Source: Nitrospirales bacterium | GTDB taxonomy: Bacteria; Nitrospirota; Nitrospiria; Nitrospirales; UBA8639 | Assembly: GCA_965203295.1 (NCBI GenBank) | Contig: CBDBCZ010000016.1 | Coordinates: 96,001 to 160,000, forward strand | Direction: 5' to 3' | Length of the DNA stretch: 64,000 nucleotides | Part shown: positions 14,001 through 27,959 of the stretch, in pieces | Layout of the letters: every line of letters begins with the position of its first letter | Numbering within the stretch: the stretch's first letter is position 1 | Translations under genes and position numbers: made by a program | The notes under the pieces: generated by a model | What the model was told of the DNA's origin: nothing | The model's database searches: none | The model's input: only the letters and a program-made list of their open reading frames with translations

Positions 14001-17000
14001 GAAGCAGTCGCCAATATGACCTGCCAATTCTAATTGTGATTACTCTCTTAAGATAGTATCATGCAGCACCCATGTATGTGTTGCTGCTCTCTTCTGTTAT
14101 TATGTTTCATGTTGCATACATACAACAGGTGAAAAGTTGACAGAACTAAATAATGATCTTCAAAAGGTAAATGTGTAGAAAGTAACTGTCAATTATTGGA
14201 GTATGGAGAAACAGGATGTTCAAATCATATGTAGTATTCTGAATCACTACGATGCACACTTAGTAATACATTTAATATGCTTTCAACACTTGATATGTTG
14301 TGATTCACTCTCACTTGCTGTCAGTGAGTATGTTTTGAGCTTGTGAAGTACAGTAGAACGGTAGTGCAATTTCACCGGTTTCCAAAGCTATACTTCCAGC
14401 TGCTGCGGTGCATATGTATATGTGTGGGTGTTCAAACTTACGTAACAATAGATGTTAGATTTATGCACTGTGCACTGTCCTCAAATTGTTAAAGTACATG
14501 ACTGACATATTTTTAATACATACAAGACATGATTTTGCGAATGATAAGCTGATATTCAGCTTCCTGTTCTTTAGAGATTAAAACAAAGCCAAGCTAATGA
14601 AGAGAAGCTCAGCGCTAATGAATGAAAGAGGAAATCTGAACTTACCAAGAAGAGAAAAGATGATGCTACTGCTAAACAGGTAAGTAGTATTAAATTGAAA
14701 CCACATGGCTGTTTAGTAGGTTTATCGTTCATGTATGTAACACTGTCAAGCTCTCATCTTCTCATTAGGTTGACAGCTTCAATCACAAGATGTTTTAGAA
14801 GACCAAGTTTCTGAAGCAAAAGAGAGAGAGAGTAACCGTACTTGATAATGCGAAACATAAAGGTACACATGCGAATATCCTTTTGTAAAATACTCTAATG
14901 TACTAGGCCGGGTTACGTATATCATAACATTGATCGGTCGTTGGATAACAGTATGAATATGTACTCACCAACTGCTTTCAGGCTAGTTTGTCCATTACGA
15001 GGTGAGAAACATGTTGACCTCCAGTAATAATAGAATGAAGAAATATACTGTATGACAGCTTTTCAATCTCATGACACTATACTGAGAGCCACAGTCATGC
15101 CCATTGCTACATGGTGTGAGATTATATCGCAGGCTGGCTGCTTGAGAATAACTTGTTTATGCTATGCATATGTCATTGTGTATGGGTGCCGGTGTTATGT
15201 ATACCCCTGTCACGTGTGTATGCCTCTTGTGCATACAGATGTCCACTTTATGTGAGCAGCTGGTTACACTAGCCTCCAACGGGCTGTCTCAGAGCACTGA
15301 CATCAGCCCTGAAGCAGCTACTAGTGCTGTGACAACACTGGTGGAGGAGAACACACATCTGAAAGAGGACATTGAAAGAGTGACTCAACAACTAGAGCAG
15401 GTTTGACTCTTGCCACATGGAGTTGTGTGTTTCTTGATGCTACTCCAGTAATCTACATTTCCATACACCATGTACGCAGAAAAACAGTGTACATATTTAT
15501 TGTATACATATATACCTACATCATTCATTCATTTCTGGAGCACTGTGTTCCGCAAAAAATCAGTAACACACTGTATAAGTGTATAAGTACGGCAAAGAAG
15601 CAGAGGTGCAGGTGTATACGCAGGAAATATGGTTAAGAATCATTGATGTTGTTGCTGGTGGTAATAGAAATACTCTCTGCATAAACAAACTGATTCATGT
15701 AGCATCATCAAACACACTTTGGGAAGTAAAGGTTCCATAGCCTGCTGCATATATATTGAGATCTACGACTGAAACATTCCTTAATCTTTAGTATAATATA
15801 CACTCCAGGCCCTATGTTATGGCAGTACTATAATTATAGTAACTACGTATACAGGCACGTATGTATTTTAGTTACTGCGCATATGTACATATACGTATAA
15901 TGTGTTTATTGCCACTTCCTGTATTTCATACAGCTGCAAGACAGTCATTCTGCTGTGCGTTCTGGAGTTCATAGTGTTGTTGAGTGCTTTCTGGGAATGA
16001 AGGTGATGCACTTCATTGTAGTAGTAACTTGCATGTAAAAAGTTTTTAATAATATATGGTTGAACAGAAGATCTGGCTCTTTGCTAGCCAAGGGCACATT
16101 TATGAACCCAGAAAAAGTGTGAACTTTTTCTGATTCTATATTAGTACCCAAAAATCCATATGAATTCACATTGAACTATATTGGAGAAAACCTTGCCTGG
16201 TTAAGAGCCGGCTAGCTAGCTTGTAAAGTAATGAAAAGTGTGTGAATGGTGAGATTTCTATGTGATAGATACGTTTCTATCATACACATATTCAGTTTGT
16301 TTAAAGCAGGAGATTATTCAACCTAATTAAGTGCCTATAATTTTATACTGCTTCTAATTCTCTACCTTGAACATTCCTACATAATTTATTTCCATAGAGT
16401 ATACATGTATGAGCATACATATGCCCACTGCTATTCACAGCCTACGTAATCGAAAATTACTGCCCTACAATTTTTTTAAAGCCAATATTGTTAAACTATG
16501 TGCTGTCAAGATGACACCTTTTTATAGGCACTCTTATTGTTACAAGTATCATATGTGCTCTCATCTAAAGACCACATGCACCGTAACATACCCCACAATT
16601 AACCCCACAATTAACTGACAATTGGGGTTTGGCAACGTACTGGAGATGGGTTTGGCTCTGCTAGTGACTGAAGGTTAGAATCATAAATTCCACCAATTTT
16701 AAACAAATTTTGAATGACACATGAAATTTTTCATGTTTTCATGTATCAAACGAAAAGAACAGCTGGATACTAAATGTATTTTTCCCAGGCCAAAATACAC
16801 ATACACACATACACACATACACATGAGCTTATGCTTGTGTCATTACATTAGTAGCACTTAAAACTGTCTATTGCATTATTTATAGTTACTACTATAGTAA
16901 GTATAATATTATTATTATATAATAATATTATAGCAAATTATTGTTACTGCATGTCCTTTATAATTATGTAAGAATGCTGGAATAATAATTATTCACTGCA

Positions 17001-17199
17001 TGTCCAAAGTATTCCGTTGCAGGATGTGTTCAAGGGAGTAGATTATTCCACAAATGATTGAATAAACATCTATAACAACACATAATAATAATCTTTAGTA
17101 TATAGCTGCATGTTCGGTATAATATTACAAGGTGACAAGGATATCAACAAAGTATAGGGAACATATAATATTATGGCATTATACGGCTGGTCAAGAGCT

Positions 17200-19166
<1,967 letters not shown>

Positions 19167-19570
19167 AATTTTTTGACTGTACTATGGTAGTAAAGTATCC
19201 GCCCCGAACGAAAGCGCTTAGCCCCTCCCTAATCTTTAGTTATATAGCGATTGGGACCGCCCTTACAAATAGAAGAAAACACTTAGCCCCTCCCACAATG
19301 ATGATGCGCTCGAAAAGGACTTGTCGTCGGTGTCCTGTTGCTGCTTCTTGTGGACGTAATTTGGGTCGGCTCAGCAGGCCTTACCAGGGTAAGTACATAG
19401 GTAGACTTCGTAAAACGGCTATGAGGGCAGAAAGTTATCCTACTATGATTACCTTGACACTAGTCTCGCGTGCCAGCACTAGCCTTAATTAACCATAGAC
19501 AGTCCTTCTATCTATGCCCTAACCTTACCCTAAACTTCGTGCAAGTATATTAATTCTCGTGGTGTCGGTA

Positions 19571-19843
19571 TAGGATAGACTACACCAAAGAGTGGGTTAT
19601 GCGCCTATGTAACCCACGAGTTTGCGGTTATCCCGAGGCGAAGCCGAGGGATAAATGCAAACAAGTGGGTTATAGCGCATAACACACGAGTGGGTGTGGT
19701 CTATCTGACTTATACCACGTTGCGCATGCGTACAATCTTCGCTGCGTAGCAACGTAGCGAACTGATAAAAGTGTGAGTTATGAAACTGTAACCCATACTT
19801 ATTAGCCAATCATTTTTATTGTAGATGATGTAATGTGGTATAA
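19571..19843 (+). mobile_element. Hairpin-capped non-autonomous element, family A (Crypton-like, inferred)
   Basis: TAG, then an imperfect hairpin at 19574-19705 centred on GCGAAGC (19638-19644), then TGAC and the inverted repeats TTATACCAC (19710) / GTGGTATAA (19835). Confidence 0.7.
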
Positions 19844-20402
19844 TTCTGTTTAGTTGACTCCTAACTTAAATAATGTTGAGGTGTCAATTTGACACCTCGA
19901 CTACTGCCTGTTGGTGTTCACAATGTCAACCTCATAATATATTGTAGTTAACCATCATACATGTACTGATTTTCTTTGGAGAATGAAGCTAGTATCGTCC
20001 CCAAGACTAAGGGTCAGTTTACTGTATTAAAAGCCAAGACTTGGGGACAAGACCAGTGTTTTGTACAATTATGGATATATTTGTGGTAGGCCGAGTGCCG
20101 TAACGCGGAGCAAATGGACGGAGACTGTAGATGCTAACTGAAACTCATGCAGATCAATCTCTGCTCAAAACTCAGATCGATGCTTATACAAAGAATGCAG
20201 ATTAAATTCTATAGTGGAACAAAAGAGAGCTAGGGACAACACAACAAAGGAAACAATTAAACAATGTGCAAGAATAAACAGTGCGGGGCGACGTGTGGCT
20301 AGGCTATGACATAACCAAAAAGTAACCAAAAATAGATGTAACATTACATAACGGAAGAGGCAATATGCAAGATAAGATAACTGTAAATAGTTCAGCCAGA
20401 TC

Positions 20403-20541
20403 TAGCCTCGTTCTTAGGCTCTACTGCCCAGCGTTTTTTTGCACGTAGTAAAATAAGCGGTCAGACCGCTCATTTTACTGACCACTTGTTTTACTACATG
20501 CGAAATAAAAAGCTGGGCAGTAGAGCCTGGGAAAGTGGCTA
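20403..20541. mobile_element. Academ-type MITE (TAGCC...GGCTA)
   Basis: TIRs TAGCCTCGTTCTTAGGCTCTACTGCCCAGC / GCTGGGCAGTAGAGCCTGGGAAAGTGGCTA. No clear TSD. Confidence 0.75.
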
Positions 20542-21233
20542 TTCTAAGTCCTCTATTTCATCAATAGCCTGTTTACATGTATGTTAGGTACTGGTAGATC
20601 TGAGAACATGGAAGTAGGAGGTTCTAAAACAGTTGATGGTGTCAGACAATTGCATTACATCCCAATAAATATATCAGTTCATCAGCCGAAAAACCGAAAC
20701 TTAAGAGGAGACACCAATGCTAACGATCTCGAATTAAGAGAAGTTGTTGGTCGATCTATTCACTAAACTACTCAATCAGTGTATATGGCCAACCCATTAT
20801 GAAACCGAATTTTACTTATGTGTCTTTACTCAAGCCAGCTGTATCTTGAAATGGAACTCAGGAAATGTGCAAAATAAGCTACTTGTATGTGTGTATAGCA
20901 TATTCCACTTATAGAGTCAACTGTGTCCTCCACAACTTTGAATGTATTCTTTAGCTACATATTCTTAAAATAGCCACACAATACAGAATCATACGCATGT
21001 GAGGAGCTACTGCAAACTGAACACCTTGCTGGTTTTAATAGCCGGAATAATGCAATGCATCTACCTCAACTGGATTCTTTGTGTAGTTAGAATAACTCTT
21101 TCAACAAGAGTCTATATTGGCATCCACAAAGAAAAGTTAGCCTTGCAGTTCTTTGTATAGTATAGTTTAGCTACAAGCAGCTCTACACTGGATATTCCCC
21201 TTTTGGCAATGAAGATCCTATACCAAGCAGCAG

Positions 21234-21325
21234 TTTTTATCAGCTGGAGCACGCACAGTGCACGAACGGCTGGTCCTAAGATTGGTTTACGTTTTCCACG
21301 TCTGTCTGTTTGTTTGTGTGTTTGA
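21234..21325 (+). mobile_element. 5' fragment of the HINE-like family seen at 21438 and 51321, in opposite orientation
   Basis: ttttatcagctggagcacgcacagtgcacgaacggctggtcctaag...tgtttgtttg matches the reverse complement of 51665-51745. Confidence 0.7.
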
Positions 21326-21437
21326 AGTGGATGGGGTACATTGACTCTTTTACTTTTACTTTTGCTTTTGTATTTTATCCCTTACTTTGTCTTTTTATTT
21401 ATTTTGTGTACATTGTACGTGCAGTTTATACGTATAA

Positions 21438-21843
21438 CAAGTCTAAAAAACCAGCCGGGCGCCTTTCCCATACAATGCACACAACTTAGTTTAGGCCAAG
21501 CTAACTGGGAGTGCTAACTGCAGCTGTAGAACACAGTACAGCGAAAGTACTGACTCAGCAGTTTTGTTGTGCGCCTCCAGTTAGTAGCTATACACCACGA
21601 AAACGGAATCTTTATAGCTGCCTAGGCACCACACAACTACCTTATTTTGCTGTAGCTTGGCCTGCAAATCTCCAAAAGCTGCTATACACTGCAGTTGCAT
21701 AGTTGCATAGTAGCAGTTGATGTATTATATTGGGCATGTGATAAGTGTGGACGCACAAACAAACAAGCAAACAAACAAACACAGAAAACGTAAGGCAATT
21801 TTAGGACCAGCAGTTCGTGTGCTGCGTACGCTCTGGCTAGTAA
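21438..21843 (-). mobile_element. HINE-like (non-autonomous Helentron-type) element, near full length
   Basis: Colinear with 51321-51743 along its length, including the (CAAA)n tract and the ccagccgg subterminal repeat. Confidence 0.78.
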
Positions 21844-21865
21844 AATGTATTTTGTATATACTTAT

Positions 21866-22145
21866 ATACTCTTTTTCTCCTATATAATATAGGAGAAAAA
21901 GAGTGATATGCCCACTGTTCCTTTCCTATATAATATAGGAGGGAAATAGTGGGTATCCACTATTTCCCTCCTATAGTATATGGGAGAGAATTAGTGGAAC
22001 TTCCACTATTTCCCTCCTATATTATATGGGAATGAAATAGTGGCAATCCACTATTTCTCTCCTATATTATAGGGGAAGAAATTTGGTGGCACTTCCACTA
22101 TTTTTCCCCTATATAATATAGGAGAGCGTCATGGAATAGTGGAAA
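21866..22145. repeat. Array of about 6-7 short palindromic units (about 42-46 bp)
   Basis: Repeated ccactatttc(c/t)ctcctata(ttata)taggag..aaatagtgg; each unit is self-complementary. Confidence 0.8.
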
Positions 22146-23598
22146 ACTGTACCAACCCTATATCCTACTGCTCCCTTCCAGTGAAATGTATTAGAGATGA
22201 TGTAATGTAAGTTTGTTAGTGCATCCTATGTTACTATGCAGGCCAAGCTACAGCAAATGACGTAGCGAACCCAGGTTTTTAGTTCTTTCTTTCAGCATTG
22301 CTGTTACTATCCGAACACTGTGCTGTTCCATATAGTACTACGCTACGCTAAAGGCTGCTGCAAATGATAGTTCTGCTGTGTGATTACAGGTTCTAACTTG
22401 AGTGGGTAGGGGGAGCAAAAGTATTGGGAAACACGACCGTCAAACTGTTCAGACATTTGTATACCACAGTGCTGCTTCACTCTTCAGAAGAGGTAGCTTT
22501 AGGAGTTTTATGGGACTTCTTTGGCTTAGCGTATTTGTACCTGATGGGGAACTAAGTATGATCATCATGATGCAACTAATCATTTTGCTGGAAGTAAATA
22601 CCCTATACTCTGGAGTATAAGTACCCATCAATTATCAATTACAAGTACCCTATGAATGAAGTACCCATTAACCCAGTTGCTTTTCTCTGCCTGAATAGTA
22701 GTACCCTTTCAAATGAATTAACTGGGATGTATAAATAGTGCATGTGTGACTAGTTAAGCATGAATAGTGATAATAACGGGTCCACTGTAGGTCTGCATTA
22801 GGAGGTGTATGGGCTGTCGGTGGGGGCATAGAACTGCCTTGTGAGTATGCACTTCACTGTGTAAAGAAATACTGCTCACATGTAAGAACAGCGCTATGGC
22901 GATCAGCAGGGTTCTACCCACACTGGTCGTCAGGGGTCGGGTCTAACCACCACTTAGCCTTTTGGACCTCCACTCAACTAATGTTTAACTCTTTTTACAG
23001 TATTTTTAATATAGGAGAAAGTCTGTTTAGTTAGAGTGTCTAGAGTGCTTAGAGATACACAGAAGTGACTGTCAAGACCATAACAAAAGTCTTATTGTGC
23101 ATGCTGTTGTACTACCATACTTGTTGAAAAGTACCCCATGATTAAAAGTACACTTGCTCCAGAGTTTACGTTATTTGGTGTATCACACCAAGGCACTAGA
23201 GGCTGCCTTATGCTGTGTTCTAGCTTCACTCACAGACCAGCTGACCTGTAGGACAAATGTCAACCAAAACTCTTGCAACTATTGCGAAACAAAACTGCTC
23301 CAGGCCACAGAATTGGAGCTACCCACTGTTTTTACTTGTTTCATCATTTTCAGGTGAAGAGTGGTTGACAGCTATAAGTTTTCTCTGATTTGATCTGATT
23401 TTAAGTTTCTATAGTGGAATAAGAAATTACAACTCATCAAATCCACCCTGGAAAGGTAGACACAGGTGCCTTTATTTAAACTGTACATTACTACTAACAG
23501 TTAGTGCTTTTGTGGTACTAGTTGATATTGACTGTTTACTTTGTTTCACTACGTCTTTCTTATTTATGTTAAATGCATGGTCTGGGGTCCTTTACCAT

Positions 23599-26500
23599 TT
23601 GTACCATGGTTGTTCGAATCTGACCAATCACATTCACCGCTCACAGGTCAATAAATCACTTATACACCTCCTTGAGAGGTGTATAAGTACTTATACACCC
23701 CGCCCTTAGGCTGTACTTATTCACCCCGCCCTTAGGCTTTCTGATCCTTTAGCAGTGACTGCATGGCTCAAGTATCATGGCATGCTTTGGAAATATAAAT
23801 TACTGGGCTGCTGAGACAAAGAAAGAATGGCAAGCAAGCGACAAGAGTTGAGGCTCCCGGAGGGGGGGGGGGGGGGGGGGGGGGGGAATTGTTCCATGAC
23901 AGAACGCGCACGCTACACGTACTTATACGTAACGTAGGGTGGGGCCCGAAAGAACGATTAATTCAGTAGGTGGAGCGTAGGGCGGAGCTAAGACGAGCAC
24001 AACACTAGCAACGCTGGCTGGAGCGCCGTCGGTCACGGGTGAGTATCTTCTCGTTGAAACGATAGCTAGGTACAATCAGTATAGGACGAAGTTGATGCTG
24101 ATAATCCCTGAGAATAGTGAGAACGACGGAACTGGTAGTAGGCAAACCGCTGTTGTCGGTACGTTCGCAGCAGAATCCACTGTCGCTAACTAAGCTTCAT
24201 ACTGACAGTACTGACACTTTTATAGTAACGCAGTGCGGTTATACGACGAGGGGGAGGTAGTTACGCGATTTATACACCGAGTGCCGAAGGCACGAGGTGT
24301 ATTAATCGTGTAACTACCAACCCCGAGGCGTATAACCGACTTGTACCATGGGCAGAGCAACACTGTTCCGTAGCAACGCACTGCGTTACTATAAAAGTGT
24401 CAGTACTGTCAGTATGAAGCTTAGCGACAGTGGATTCTGCTGCGAACGTACCGACAACAGCGGTTGCCTACTAACTTCAACCAGTTCCGTCGTTCTCACT
24501 ATTCTCACGGATTACCAGCATCAACTTCGTCCTATACTGGTTGTACCTAGCTATCGTTTCAACGAGAAGATACTCACCCGTGACCGACGGCGCTCCAGCC
24601 AGCGTTGCTAGTGTTGTGCTCGTCTTAGCTCCGCCCTACGCTCCACCTACTGAATTAATCGTTCGTTCGGGCCCCACCCTACGTTACGTATAAGTACGTG
24701 TTAGCGTGCGCGTTCTCTTGTCGCTTGCTTGCCATTCTTTCTTTCTCTCAGCAGCCCAGTAATTTATATTTCCAAAGCATGCCATGATACTAGAGCCATG
24801 CAGTCACTGCTAAAGGATCAGAAAGCCTAAGGGCGGGGTGAATAAGTAGAGCCTAAGGGCGGGGTGTATAAGTACTTATACACCTCTCAAGGAGGTGTAT
24901 AAGTGATTTATTGACCTGTGAGCGGTGAATGTGATTGGTCAGATTCGAACAACCATGGTACAAGTATAGGTTATACGACGAGGGGGAGGTAGTTACGCGA
25001 TTTATACACCGAGTGCCGAAGGCACGAGGTGTATTAATCGCGTAACTACCAACCCCGAGGCGTATAACCGACTTGTACCATGGGCATAGCAGCGCTGTTC
25101 CGTGGCAACGCACTGCGTTACTATAAAAGTGTCAGTACTGTCAGTATGAAGCTTAGCGACAGTGGATTCTGCTGCGAATGTACCGACAACAGCGGTTTGC
25201 CTGCTACCTTTAACCAGTTCCGTCGTTCTCACTATTCTCAGGGATTACCAGCATCAACTTGGTCCTATACTGGTTGTACCTAGCTATCGTTTCAACGAGA
25301 AGATACTTACCCGGCTCTCTAGCCAGCGTTGCTAGTGTTGTGCTCGTCTTAGCTCCGCCCTACGCTCCACCTACTGAATTAATCGCTCGTTCGGGCCCCA
25401 CCCTACGTTACGTATAAGTACGTGTTGTTAGCGTGCGCGTTCTGTCGTGGAACTATTCCCGCCCGGGAGCCTCAACTCTTGTCGCTTGCTTGACATTCTT
25501 TCTTTCTCTCAGCAGCCCAGTAATTTATATTTCCAAAGCATGCCATGATACTAGAGCCATGTAGTCACTGCTAAAGGATCAGAAAGCCTAAGGGCGGGGT
25601 GAATAAGTACAGCCTAAGGGCGGGGTGTATAAGTACTTAGACCATACATGAATAATTATGAGTATATTCCTTTGATGTTTTCCGGTTAGTCCAGGGCATT
25701 TAAGTAGGTTAAACCCCCGCTTGCCCTTTGAAGTCGCCGGTTAGTCCAGGGTAGTTTAATGGACCCTTTGAAGTCAGCCGGTTAGTCCAGGGTAATTTAA
25801 CAGAGCTAACTAAACATAAGCGCTCAGTATGCACAAACGCTTTGTATGAATGAAACAATACAAAACTGCTTTTAAAAACAATTGGCTGGCTATCGAAATC
25901 TAGAGATCTGTGTTCATCTCTGTCTCAGAGGACAGCAGTCGTAGCTTCTTTTCTTGTTCCAATGACAATGGCTGCGCTTGCTTGGTATCTGTTCCAACGC
26001 TCTCCTTTGTCAGCGTCTTCATTCGTGCATCAGATCTGCTGGCTTATCGATCAAAGTCTTGGATCCTTGATCTCATGAGCATCGACTGAAAAACACAGCT
26101 CACTGCGTTTTCTTTCATGTTTTTGCTACTGCATTCTCAGACAGGGGACTCCAAACCGCTTACTGTTTTCTTCGTTACCGAGCTTGAAAATCTTCAAAGT
26201 TGTCAATGTTCAGCTCGAATCCATCAAAATCGAAAGCGGCGCCTAGTTCCCCTCTGCCATATTAAACGTAAAAACTACAACGCAACCAGCACTCACATTT
26301 CTTGCTACAAGAGTGCAGCGGTTAGCAGGAAAAGCCATTAGTCTATGACGTCATACAATGCCACATGACTCTCAAACTACAAGCCCATTGGCTGTTGCCG
26401 CACAACGGTGGCTGTGCCCATATATGGCTAGCAGAGTCCCGTTGCAGCGGGCTGAGCTTATTCAATTAGTGGTATGACCTTATTCAATTAGCGGTATGGT

Positions 26501-26780
26501 CTAAGCCAGATAGACCCCTCCCTAGAGGAAACTAACCGACTTAAGCGCCCTTGGGAACCTTGGGAAACCTCGGAAGTGTTAATGGTGTCTCGGGCTTCGC
26601 CCTCGACCCAATTAACACTTCCTTGGTTTCCCTCGGTTCCCACGGGCGCTTAAGTCGGTTAGTTCCCTCTAGGGAGGGATCTATCCTATACTTATACACC
26701 TCTCAAGGAGGTGTATAAGTGATTTATTGACCTGTGAGCGGTGAATGTGATTGGTCAGATTCGAACAACCAGGGTACAAG
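23599..26780. mobile_element. Cluster of three copies of hairpin-capped family B (about 730 bp): inverted partial copy 23599-24236, copy 24237-24966, and tandem copy 24967-26780 interrupted by family C
   Basis: Sequence identity between the copies is directly visible. Hairpin 24237-24337 is centred on GTGCCGAAGGCAC; inverted repeats are TTGTACCATGG / CCATGGTACAA. Confidence 0.85.
25640..26688 (-). mobile_element. Hairpin-capped non-autonomous element, family C (about 1.05 kb), nested in family B
   Basis: Inverted repeats CTTAGACCATAC / GTATGGTCTAAG. A hairpin of about 177 bp (26509-26685) is centred on GGCTTCGCC. TACTTA is repeated at both junctions (25634-25639, 26689-26694). Confidence 0.82.
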
Positions 26781-27959
26781 TGTATTTCTGCACTCCCATA
26801 ATAATAAAACACTCACAAGTAGCCATTGTGGAATAAACTCAATAAAAATTTAATTGGTGACAACAAAATTGTACAATACAGTATAATATCAATGTTCAGG
26901 TTATTGAAATACAAAAAAACACTAGTAGTTCGTGACTTCATGCATTCTTTACTTGCGCTTGTAAGATTGAAGTTCCTTCTGCCACAATGAAACGGCATGG
27001 CTTGTGAGAGTTCCTTCAACCACCAGCAGTGCATGGTTGTGGCTGCTGTAACTCAGCAGCATCTACTTAGAGATCACAAATTTCCTGCATAGAACAATGT
27101 AGATTGTATGCACATAACAGCATGCAGACTTAGTGCTATGCATGCATGGACAAAATGATCAATAGTGGAAGTACTTACCCGGCATAAAGTCAACCACATT
27201 CTTGAACGTGGTCACACAGCATAGAGTGCCAAGTACTGCAAGGGTGAGAGTAAGTGAACATTCAATAACTCCTGTTCAGTACAATTGGGTGGAGCTTACC
27301 CCACCCCCAAAGTCTTCTCAAAACCATAGCTAGTCTATGTGTGAAACCAGTCCTACACGTACCTCTACAGTATACAGGATTAGTATAGTTTAATCCTCCC
27401 CAGAGATGCTATTTTAAGCTAGCTAGATTATGTATCACCCACACAGTTAGGGGAGAGAGGCCACAGCTCTTCCTTTCCAGTTCTTTCATCATGGTATAGT
27501 TTCTGCAAACAGCTTTCTTTGCTGACCTGTATGGAACAAATGTTTCATAGTACTTTGCTTTGCAGTTACATGTACTGTACATAAATAAGTGTTATAGCTA
27601 ACTCAGTTTCACTTACTTTTAGTAGGTCATCTTGGTTGGTGATGGCTCAAACACTTGTGGGAAAGCTCTTGAAACAATTCCAGCAGGACTTGTCAATGCT
27701 AAGCAATAGTAACTATAACTTAACTGTAGCTAGCAATGAGTGGTAGCAGTAACTTTGTCAATTTTTGAAAAATTCACACCAGACTACATTCCAACTACAG
27801 GTGACAATAGCACATATGCATTCTCTGTTCAAAGGGTCAACATTACATCATACAATACTGTACTTTGCCATCTCTTACTGCAAGTTTCCCAGGCAGGACC
27901 TTAAGAAATTTCCAGTAGGGATGCATTACTCGCCTTCGACTTAGCTGTTGTACTTATAA

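Noticed and set aside
23862..23886. Long poly-G runs (also about 8270-8290 and 39120-39133) as functional G-quadruplexes
   Set aside because: The sister copy near 25457 has only a short C/G tract, which points to slippage or a homopolymer-length artefact.
26810..27700. Minus-strand exon-like segments as a definable gene
   Set aside because: Splice-like signals are present, but I could not assemble a consistent frame or recognise a domain. Probably a transposon or gene relic.
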